From an uncultured Elusimicrobia bacterium (GTDB lineage Bacteria; Elusimicrobiota; Endomicrobiia; DTEH01): 64,000 nucleotides of DNA. This document shows positions 45,509 through 52,793 of this stretch, in pieces. Position numbers and translations under genes: made by a program. The stretch spans positions 9,756 to 73,755 of the forward strand of contig CAZDUB010000005.1 in the NCBI GenBank assembly GCA_964508565.1, written 5' to 3'. The notes under the pieces were generated by a model that did no database searches, had not been told where the DNA came from, and worked only from the letters and a program-made list of their open reading frames with translations. How positions within the stretch are numbered: position 1 is the first letter of the stretch; every line of letters begins with the position of its first letter.

Positions 45509-45618
45509 TTTCTTACCATTAAATATTTTTTCACCTTTATGTAATTTACATTTTTTGGTTTTAATAAGAAATCTTTTATACCATTATATTCATCTAAATT
45601 ATAAGGAGTAGCATAAGA

Positions 45619-45647
45619 TTGACATTTTGATAAAAATTATATATACA
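45619..45647 (+). promoter_or_regulatory. Candidate sigma70-type promoter for the downstream gene array
   Basis: TTGACA at 45619-45624, a 17-nt spacer, then TATACA at 45642-45647. It lies in the only sizeable intergenic gap (45509-45729, 221 nt) and about 80 nt upstream of the cyclophilin start. AT-rich DNA gives many chance matches. Confidence 0.3.
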
Positions 45648-45729
45648 AAAAAATATTTTGAAATTTTATAAAATTTCTGTCAATTTTTAAATAATTAAAT
45701 AAGATTTTTTATCTTAAGGGGAAGAAAAT

Positions 45730-46356
45730 ATGAAAGTAAAGAGGTTATCTTTATATTTTTTGCTATTTTTTATATTTTGCATCGCAACATTATTTGCTCA
45801 ACCAACTCAATACTCAGAAAAATCAATTTTTAAAGGCTTACCCAAAGGATATTATGCAGCAATTATAACAGATTTTGGACCCATAGTATTTGAACTATAT
45901 GAGGACAAAGCGCCAAAAACAGTAAAAAATTTTGTAGACTTAGCTTTAGGTAAAAAAGAATGGATTGACCCAAAAACAGGTAAGAAAGTAAAAAAAAGAT
46001 TTTATGATGGATTAATTTTCCATAGAGTAATACCAAACTTTATGGCACAAACTGGTTGCCCAAAGGGTGACGGAACAGGTGGCCCTGGTTATGAGTTTGA
46101 GGATGAGTTTAGTCAAGATTTACTTTTTGACAGACCAGGCCGCGTAGCAATGGCAAATCGTGGACCGAATACAAATGGTTCTCAGATTTTTATTACTGTA
46201 GTGCCAACTCCATGGTTGAACATGAGACACACAATTTTTGGACAAGTTGTGAAAGGCCAAGATGTAGTAGAGAGAATTGTTTCTGTACCAAGAGACAGTA
46301 AAGACAAACCGTTGAAGCCAATTTATATAAGAAAAGTTTTGATTAAGAGAATATAA
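45730..46356 (+). CDS. Secreted cyclophilin-type peptidyl-prolyl cis-trans isomerase
   Basis: 208 aa. It has an N-terminal signal peptide ([23 protein letters not shown]|QP). Cyclophilin motifs are [39 protein letters not shown] and HTIFGQVV. The RBS AAGGGGA lies about 7 nt upstream. Confidence 0.9.
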   Translation: MKVKRLSLYFLLFFIFCIATLFAQPTQYSEKSIFKGLPKGYYAAIITDFGPIVFELYEDKAPKTVKNFVDLALGKKEWIDPKTGKKVKKRFYDGLIFHRVIPNFMAQTGCPKGDGTGGPGYEFEDEFSQDLLFDRPGRVAMANRGPNTNGSQIFITVVPTPWLNMRHTIFGQVVKGQDVVERIVSVPRDSKDKPLKPIYIRKVLIKRI

Positions 46357-46360
46357 TTAT

Positions 46361-47452
46361 ATGAGTGTAAAAAAAGATTATTATGAAATTTTAGGTGTTC
46401 CTAGAAACGCAACACAAAAAGAGATAGAAGAAGCATATAGGCGTCTTGCAATTCAGTATCATCCGGATAGGCATCCTCCAGAAAAAAAAGATGAAATGAG
46501 AGAAAAGTTCAAAGAAATCTCTGAAGCCTATGCTGTTCTGTCTGATCCTAAAAAAAGAAAACAATATGATATGTACGGCCATGCGGGTATAGATAGTTCT
46601 TATACACCAGAAGACATCTTTTCAGGAGTTGATTTTGGTAGCGTTTTTAGAGATATTGGATTTGATAGTGTATTTGAAGACTTGTTTGATTTTTTTGGAG
46701 TAAAATCAAAAAGAAAAGGGCCTCAGCGTGGAGATGATATTGAGATACCTATAACTATTACTCTTGAAGAAGCATTCACAGGAGTAGAGAAACCATTATC
46801 TTTTTATCATACAGTATCTTGTCCTGTATGTAAAGGAACTGGTTCAAAACCTGGTACATCTAAAAAAACTTGTCCTAAATGTAAGGGGACAGGTTATATA
46901 AGTTATTCTAGAGGTTTCTTTAATTTTCAAGAGACATGTCCAAGATGTAAAGGTCAAGGTCAAGTAGTGGATATACCTTGTGAAAAATGTGGTGGGCATG
47001 GAAAAATTAAACAACAAGAAAACATAGTAGTGAAAATTCCAGCGGGAGTAGATAATGGTACATCTATAAGAGTAAAAGGGAAAGGAGAAGCAGGAGTTGA
47101 AGGAGGCCCTTCTGGAGATTTATATGTCTCAGTTAGGATACAACAACATCCTATTTTTGTTAGACAAGGAGACGATCTTTTTTGCAAAATAGAAATACCT
47201 TATCCTATAGCAGTGTTAGGTGGTGAAGTTGATGTTCCCACTATAGACAATGTTAAGATAAAAATGGCAGTGCCAGCTGGTACTCAATCTGGAAAAGTTT
47301 TTAGGTTAAGGGGTAAAGGAATGCCTGACCTTCACACAGGCAGACGAGGTGATTTGTATGTTGAAGTGTCAATAGAGGTACCACAGAAACTAAATGAAAG
47401 ACAGAAAAATGCTCTTCGTGAATATGCAAAAACTTTAAATCTTGATGTATGA
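46361..47452 (+). CDS. dnaJ: Molecular chaperone DnaJ
   Basis: 363 aa. The J-domain reads DYYEILGV...YHPD. There are four CxxCxGxG zinc-finger repeats ([32 protein letters not shown]). The C-terminal domains are typical (GDLYV...PDL...GDLYV). Confidence 0.93.
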   Translation: MSVKKDYYEILGVPRNATQKEIEEAYRRLAIQYHPDRHPPEKKDEMREKFKEISEAYAVLSDPKKRKQYDMYGHAGIDSSYTPEDIFSGVDFGSVFRDIGFDSVFEDLFDFFGVKSKRKGPQRGDDIEIPITITLEEAFTGVEKPLSFYHTVSCPVCKGTGSKPGTSKKTCPKCKGTGYISYSRGFFNFQETCPRCKGQGQVVDIPCEKCGGHGKIKQQENIVVKIPAGVDNGTSIRVKGKGEAGVEGGPSGDLYVSVRIQQHPIFVRQGDDLFCKIEIPYPIAVLGGEVDVPTIDNVKIKMAVPAGTQSGKVFRLRGKGMPDLHTGRRGDLYVEVSIEVPQKLNERQKNALREYAKTLNLDV

Positions 47453-48180
47453 CACAATTTTATGCTCCTTATGTCACTTCACAACATAAGTTAATAGAGA
47501 TTAATAATAAAGAAGAAATAATACATATTGCAAAATCGCATAGAGCAAAAATTGGTGATAGAATAAAAGTTTTTAATGGAAAAGGATGGGTATTTTACAC
47601 TGAAATAAAAGAGATTTCAAAAACTAAAATTGTGTTAGAAGTAATAGAAAAACAATATATACCACCTAAAAACTACAATTTAATTTTATTTCAAGCAATA
47701 ATAAAACCAGACAAGTTTGAATTAGTTCTTCAAAAAACTACAGAATTAGGTGTAAACGAAATAACGCCTGTGAAGTTAGAAAGAAGTGAGTATGATGTAC
47801 AACTATACATTAAGAAATATAAAAGATTTGAAAACATAATTCTTGAGGCATCTAAACAGAGTGAGACAGCTTATATTCCTTTATTAAATACACCGTTAAA
47901 TAATATAGATAAACTATTTGAACAAAATGAAAACTATTTAAATATAGTAAGCTATAAAAATACTTCTGATACTTTAAGTAAATATATCGACGAGATAAAA
48001 AATACTAATACAATTCGTCTGATAGTTGGTCCAGAAGGAGATTTTTCACCTAAAGAATTAGATTTTTTGAAAACTCAAAAAAACACAATCTTCGTAAAAA
48101 TAAGTGAAAACATTTTAAGATCAGAAACATCGTCAATCTTGTTAGTTGGTTTAGTATCACAACTAAAGGAATATTTTTAA
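47449..48180 (+). CDS. rsmE: 16S rRNA (uracil1498-N3)-methyltransferase RsmE
   Basis: 243 aa. The C-terminal SPOUT motifs are [14 protein letters not shown] and ILRSETS. The start overlaps the dnaJ stop (ATGA). The dnaJ-rsmE-mtaB order matches the conserved Firmicute-type dnaK operon tail. Confidence 0.8.
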   Translation: MTQFYAPYVTSQHKLIEINNKEEIIHIAKSHRAKIGDRIKVFNGKGWVFYTEIKEISKTKIVLEVIEKQYIPPKNYNLILFQAIIKPDKFELVLQKTTELGVNEITPVKLERSEYDVQLYIKKYKRFENIILEASKQSETAYIPLLNTPLNNIDKLFEQNENYLNIVSYKNTSDTLSKYIDEIKNTNTIRLIVGPEGDFSPKELDFLKTQKNTIFVKISENILRSETSSILLVGLVSQLKEYF

Positions 48181-48183
48181 ATT

Positions 48184-49299
48184 ATGAAATATTTTATTAG
48201 AACATTTGGTTGTAAAACAAATCAATACGAATCTGAATTGATGAAACATTTATTAAAAGAAAATGGACATCAGGTAGTATCTGACTATTGTGATGCAGAT
48301 GTCGTAGTTATTAACAGTTGTGCAGTTACTCAACCAGCAGAAAGAGATGTTTATAAATTTATAAGAAGAGTTGATAGAGAAAGCAAACAAACTGACAGAG
48401 TTTTGCTTATAGGTTGCTATGCTGAATACATAAACCAATTAAATCTTTATAACGATTTTTTTAATAGGTTAAATAGCAAAATTAATGTAGAGTTTTTTGG
48501 AAACAAGGATAAATATTTTTTTATAGACAAAAAATTTACAAGTTGTAATATTATAAATTGTGGTATAAAAAAATTTTATGGAGAAAAAAGAGCTTATGTT
48601 AAAATTCAAGATGGATGCAATAACTTTTGCAGCTATTGTATTGTTGCATATCTAAGAAATGAGATGTTAAGCAAGCCATTAGAAGTAGTATTAAAAGAAA
48701 TAGAAGAGTTGCTAAAAAATCAATATTATGAAATATATTTAGTTGGTACAAATATTGGCAAATACTCCTATCTACACAATGGCAAAAAATTTGACCTTGT
48801 AGACTTGTCAGAAGAGATACTAAGAAATTTTGACCAAGTTACAATAATTTTTTCTTCATTAGAACCGCCCGATTTAAATGAGAAATTTTTTGATTTCTTA
48901 GAAAAATATAGACAAAGGATTTTTCCACATTTTCACATTCCGCTTCAGTCAGCAGATGATGAGATTTTGTTGGATATGAATAGAAAATACAGTGTTTCTG
49001 AATACGAAAACAAAATTATTAGAATTCGCAATATTATGCCTGAGGCTATAATCTCTTCAGATGTTATACTAGGGTATCCAATTGAAACAAAAGAGAAGTT
49101 TTTAAAAACATTGAACTTTATTGAGAAAGTGAAATTCAATTGGGTTCATGTTTTTCCGTATTCTCCAAGAAAAGGTACTTTATCATACAAAAAATATGGT
49201 AACTTTAGTTGTTATGATGCTAAATATCGTGTCCGTGAACTTAACAAGTTAAATGAAAAACTTGGGGAAAAATTTTTTAAAAAACTATGTAAGATTTAA
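48184..49299 (+). CDS. Radical-SAM methylthiotransferase, MiaB/RimO/MtaB family (MtaB-like by synteny)
   Basis: 371 aa. The N-terminal UPF0004 domain reads FGCKTNQYESE. The radical-SAM cluster motif is CNNFCSYC. It is shorter than typical family members and no obvious TRAM domain is present. Confidence 0.75.
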   Translation: MKYFIRTFGCKTNQYESELMKHLLKENGHQVVSDYCDADVVVINSCAVTQPAERDVYKFIRRVDRESKQTDRVLLIGCYAEYINQLNLYNDFFNRLNSKINVEFFGNKDKYFFIDKKFTSCNIINCGIKKFYGEKRAYVKIQDGCNNFCSYCIVAYLRNEMLSKPLEVVLKEIEELLKNQYYEIYLVGTNIGKYSYLHNGKKFDLVDLSEEILRNFDQVTIIFSSLEPPDLNEKFFDFLEKYRQRIFPHFHIPLQSADDEILLDMNRKYSVSEYENKIIRIRNIMPEAIISSDVILGYPIETKEKFLKTLNFIEKVKFNWVHVFPYSPRKGTLSYKKYGNFSCYDAKYRVRELNKLNEKLGEKFFKKLCKI

Positions 49300-49357
49300 T
49301 AGTAATTTTGTATTAAATGGAAATTTAGTATTAAAACAAGAAAATATTCTGATAAAA

Positions 49358-49364
49358 AAGGAGG
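49358..49364 (+). promoter_or_regulatory. Shine-Dalgarno site (AAGGAGG) for the acyl-CoA dehydrogenase gene
   Basis: AAGGAGG lies 8 nt upstream of the ATG at 49373, within a 73-nt intergenic gap. Confidence 0.7.
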
Positions 49365-49372
49365 TTTAATTT

Positions 49373-50530
49373 ATGGATTATTTTTTAACAGAAGAACAAA
49401 AAATGATAGTACAGTTGGCAAAAGAAGTTGCAGAAAGAGTAATAAAGCCAGTTCGTGAACATTACGACGAGACAGAAGAATTCCCTTGGCCTGTTGTCCA
49501 CGAACTTGCAAAAGCTGACCTTATGGGCGTATATATACCAGAACAATATGGTGGTACAGGTGGTGGAATAATGGACTTGGTGTTAGTAGTAGAAGAACTT
49601 TCTAAGGTAGATGGAGGTATAGCTTTAGCATTAGCTGCTACGGCATTAGGAACTTTACCTATTCTTTTATTTGGAAATGAATATCAGAAACAAAAATACT
49701 TACCAGACATAGCTTCTGGTAAAAAACTTGCAGCTTTTGCTTTAACAGAGCCAGAAGCAGGTTCTGATGCAGGTGCTATTAAAACTACAGCTAAATTAGA
49801 AGGAGATTACTATGTTTTAAACGGAACAAAATGTTTTATAACAAATGGTGGAGAAGCAGAAATTTATACTGTTATAGCCATGACTGATAAATCCAAGGGA
49901 GCACGAGGCGCATCCGCTTTTATAGTAGAGAAAGGGACACCAGGATTTACATTTGGTAAAAAAGAAAAAAAGATGGGAATTCGTGCATCCTCAACGAGAG
50001 AGTTAATTTTTGACAACTGCAAAGTTCCAAAAGAAAACTTATTAGGAAAAGAAGGACAAGGTTTTGTAATTGCAATGAAAACATTTGACATGTCAAGGCC
50101 AGGTGTAGCAGCACAAGCATTAGGTATAGCAGAAGGTGCTTTAGAAGATGCAATCCAATATGCTAGACAAAGAAAACAATTTGGTCAACCAATAATTTCT
50201 TTCCAAGCTATACAACACATGATAGCAGATATGGCAACAGAAATAGAAGCGGCAAAATGTCTCTTATATCAAGTTGCTAAAACAATAGATGCCCATCCAG
50301 ATGGTAGACATACAAAAATATCAGCTATGTGCAAACTTTTCTGTTCTGATGTAGCAATGAGAGTTACAATAGATGCCCTACAGATTTTTGGTGGTTATGG
50401 ATATATGCGTGAATACCCAATGGAAAAAAGAGTAAGAGATGCAAAAATAACTCAAATTTATGAAGGTACAAATCAGATACAAAGAAACGAAATAGCATTA
50501 TCTTTAATAAAAGAATATGCTAAAAAATAG
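49373..50530 (+). CDS. Acyl-CoA dehydrogenase (short-chain or butyryl-CoA dehydrogenase-like)
   Basis: 385 aa. ACAD-family signatures are ALTEPEAGSDAG, CFITNGG and QIFGGYGY..EYP.E...RDAKI.QIYEGTNQIQR. It has a strong RBS. Confidence 0.9.
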   Translation: MDYFLTEEQKMIVQLAKEVAERVIKPVREHYDETEEFPWPVVHELAKADLMGVYIPEQYGGTGGGIMDLVLVVEELSKVDGGIALALAATALGTLPILLFGNEYQKQKYLPDIASGKKLAAFALTEPEAGSDAGAIKTTAKLEGDYYVLNGTKCFITNGGEAEIYTVIAMTDKSKGARGASAFIVEKGTPGFTFGKKEKKMGIRASSTRELIFDNCKVPKENLLGKEGQGFVIAMKTFDMSRPGVAAQALGIAEGALEDAIQYARQRKQFGQPIISFQAIQHMIADMATEIEAAKCLLYQVAKTIDAHPDGRHTKISAMCKLFCSDVAMRVTIDALQIFGGYGYMREYPMEKRVRDAKITQIYEGTNQIQRNEIALSLIKEYAKK

Positions 50531-50533
50531 AAA

Positions 50534-51328
50534 ATGATAAAAATACTTTTTATTGGTGATATAATAGGTGAACCAGGAAGGAAGTGTGTTAATTTTGTTT
50601 TACAAAATAAACTAAATAAAGAAGATTACGACTTAATAATTGCCAACGGAGAAAATCTTGCTGGTGGCAAAGGAATTTCAAAAAGTGTTTTTGAAGAGAT
50701 TTTAAGTTTTGGTGTAGATATTGTTACACTTGGCAACCATACATATTCAAGAAAAGAAGTTTTAGATATAATTAACCATCCACAGCTGGTTCGCCCGATA
50801 AACTATCCTGAAGGAAATCAAGGCCAGGGATATTGTATTGTTAAGACAAAGAAAGGTGTTGATGTGGGAATTATAAACATATTGGGAAGAGTTTTCACTA
50901 TAGAATGTTTAGAATGTCCATTTAAAACTACGAATGCTGTATTAGAACAAATAAGAAGTAAAACTAAAGTAATAATAGTTGACATTCATGCAGAAGCAAC
51001 TTCAGAGAAAAACGCGTTAGGATATTATTTAGATGGTAAAGTTTCTGCTGTATTAGGTACCCATACCCATGTTCCTACTAACGACGCTAAAATACTTCCT
51101 GAAGGTACAGCTTACATTTCCGATGTTGGAATGTGTGGTCCTGAAAACTCTGTAATAGGCCTTGAAGTAGAATCAGTACTAAAAAGATTTTTGTTATGTA
51201 TTCCACAGAAATTTAGTGTTGCTAAAGGTAGTTGTCAGTTTAATTCTGTTGAAGTATCCATTGATGAAAACACAGGAAAAAGTCAATATATAAAGCCAAT
51301 AATCTTTAACAACATAAATATAGAATGA
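50534..51328 (+). CDS. ymdB: YmdB-family metallophosphoesterase (2',3'-cyclic-nucleotide phosphodiesterase-like)
   Basis: 264 aa. Family signatures are MIKILFIGDIIGEPGR, ANGENLAGGKGI, VDIHAEATSEK and GTHTHVPTND. Confidence 0.8.
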   Translation: MIKILFIGDIIGEPGRKCVNFVLQNKLNKEDYDLIIANGENLAGGKGISKSVFEEILSFGVDIVTLGNHTYSRKEVLDIINHPQLVRPINYPEGNQGQGYCIVKTKKGVDVGIINILGRVFTIECLECPFKTTNAVLEQIRSKTKVIIVDIHAEATSEKNALGYYLDGKVSAVLGTHTHVPTNDAKILPEGTAYISDVGMCGPENSVIGLEVESVLKRFLLCIPQKFSVAKGSCQFNSVEVSIDENTGKSQYIKPIIFNNINIE

Positions 51329-52530
51329 AAGAAGGCAAAATTATTCTTACAGTTAGTCAACTAAATAACATCCTAAAAGATCTAATAGAAGAAGCATTCA
51401 GAGAAATTTATGTAGAAGGTGAAATTTCAAATTTGAAATCATATAGCTCTGGCCACTTATATTTTTCACTTAAGGATGAAAAAGCACAAATTAAGTGCAT
51501 AATATTTAAAGATGTCATGTCAAATATAAAATTTAAACTTGAAGATGGCCTTCATGTTATTTGCTATGGTAGAATAGATTATTATTCTGTAAGGGGTGAA
51601 GTTAATTTAATTGTTTACGAGATTACACCAAAAGGTATAGGTGCTTTACAATTGGCATTTGAACAGCTAAAAAAGAAACTGGAAAAAGAAGGATTATTCG
51701 ATCAAAAAAGAAAAAAGAAAATACCACTTTTACCCCAATATATAGGAGTTGTAACTTCTCCTGATGGAGCTGCTATAAGGGATATATTAACAGTTGTAAA
51801 AAGAAGATTTGCTAATGTGTATATTATTCTTTATCCTGTAAAAGTTCAAGGAGAAACAGCAAAAGATGAAATTGCGGAAGGCATTCGCTTTATGAATGAG
51901 CACTTTCCAAACTTAGATGTACTACTTGTAGGGCGTGGTGGAGGTTCTATTGAAGACCTTTGGGCATTTAACGAAGAGATAGTAGCCAGAGCAATAGCTG
52001 CCTCTAAAATACCAATTATATCATGCGTTGGCCATGAGATTGACTACACCATAGCTGACTATGTTGCCGACTTAAGAGCACCTACCCCTTCAGCTGCAGC
52101 AGAGATTGTTGTCAAAAGTAAAGAAGATTTAATTCATAAAATAGAAAACTACAGAATAAGACTCCTGCAAAATGTTATTCAAAAATTGAGGTTTTTCAAA
52201 GACAAATTAGAACGAATTAAAAAAACTAGGATCTTTTCAGCACCTCAAGTTTTCTACGAAGATAGAATTAAGATGTTGTTAGACATAGAAAAAAAACTAA
52301 CAATTACATTTAAATATAGTTTTGAAAAAAAATTAAATAAGATTAATCTTCTAAAAGAAAAACTTAATCTTTTATCACCACAAAATATCTTGGCACGAGG
52401 ATACTCTATTGTATGGAAAGATAATAAAGTAATAAAAGATGTTAAAGACCTTAAAAAAGACGACGAAGTTAAAGTTCAACTTTATAAAGGAGAATTTATC
52501 TCCAAGGTAAAGTTGATAACTAATAATTAA
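51325..52530 (+). CDS. xseA: Exodeoxyribonuclease VII large subunit
   Basis: 401 aa. The N-terminal OB fold reads VEGEISN...SGHLYFSLKD. The catalytic core reads GVVTSPDGAAIRDI...GRGGGSIEDLWAFN...ISCVGHEIDYTIADYVAD.RAPTPSAAAE. The start overlaps the ymdB stop (ATGA). Confidence 0.9.
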   Translation: MKEGKIILTVSQLNNILKDLIEEAFREIYVEGEISNLKSYSSGHLYFSLKDEKAQIKCIIFKDVMSNIKFKLEDGLHVICYGRIDYYSVRGEVNLIVYEITPKGIGALQLAFEQLKKKLEKEGLFDQKRKKKIPLLPQYIGVVTSPDGAAIRDILTVVKRRFANVYIILYPVKVQGETAKDEIAEGIRFMNEHFPNLDVLLVGRGGGSIEDLWAFNEEIVARAIAASKIPIISCVGHEIDYTIADYVADLRAPTPSAAAEIVVKSKEDLIHKIENYRIRLLQNVIQKLRFFKDKLERIKKTRIFSAPQVFYEDRIKMLLDIEKKLTITFKYSFEKKLNKINLLKEKLNLLSPQNILARGYSIVWKDNKVIKDVKDLKKDDEVKVQLYKGEFISKVKLITNN

Positions 52531-52550
52531 TTTTTAGAGGTGTAAAAAAT

Positions 52551-52793
52551 ATGAAGTGTCAAAATTGTGGTTTTGTAAACAAACCAGAAGCAAAAAATTG
52601 CAAAAAATGTGGGAAACCTTTAATTGTTGAACCTCTATGGAAACCGTCTTTTAAATGGCATCTGAAAGTTTTAGCTGTAATATATGTTGTTTTAATAGTT
52701 TTGTTTTTTTTACTTAACCATTTATTAAAACCATATATGAGACAACTTCCTGCAGAAATTACTCCTTGGTTACATCAAAATGAAAAAAAATAA
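52551..52793 (+). CDS. Small zinc-ribbon membrane protein (hypothetical)
   Basis: 80 aa. A CxxC...CxxC ribbon (CQNCG...CKKCG) is followed by one hydrophobic helix (LKVLAVIYVVLIVLFFLL). There is an RBS-like AGAGG upstream. The 3' end overlaps kdsD by 14 nt. Confidence 0.5.
   Translation: MKCQNCGFVNKPEAKNCKKCGKPLIVEPLWKPSFKWHLKVLAVIYVVLIVLFFLLNHLLKPYMRQLPAEITPWLHQNEKK

Noticed and set aside
2-45508. The giant ORF as an RTX toxin, RHS/YD-repeat toxin, NRPS/PKS megasynthase or collagen-like protein
   Set aside because: There are no GGxGxD nonapeptides, YD repeats or PAAR/toxin tip. There are no adenylation, condensation, KS or ACP motifs. The PGE..PG segments are not G-X-Y triplet repeats.
2-45508. 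A horizontally acquired genomic island, inferred from the higher GC of the giant gene
   Set aside because: Third codon positions and preferred codons look like those of the flanking genes. There is no integrase, transposase, tRNA or direct repeat at the 3' boundary. The GC shift is explained by amino-acid composition.
2-45508. A diversity-generating retroelement target, phase-variation tract, or programmed frameshift in the giant gene
   Set aside because: There is no reverse transcriptase or template repeat in the window. I noticed no long homopolymer or simple-sequence tract, and the frame is continuous with no need for recoding.
45539-45556. A possible intrinsic terminator after the giant gene (ATGTA-ATT-TACAT followed by TTTTTT)
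   Set aside because: The stem is only ~5 bp with a single G:C pair, too weak to call in AT-rich DNA. It is mentioned only as the best candidate in the 221-nt gap.
45658-45690. A second promoter-like TTGAAA element in the intergenic gap
   Set aside because: There is no acceptable -10 hexamer at 16-18 nt spacing. This is a chance match in AT-rich sequence.
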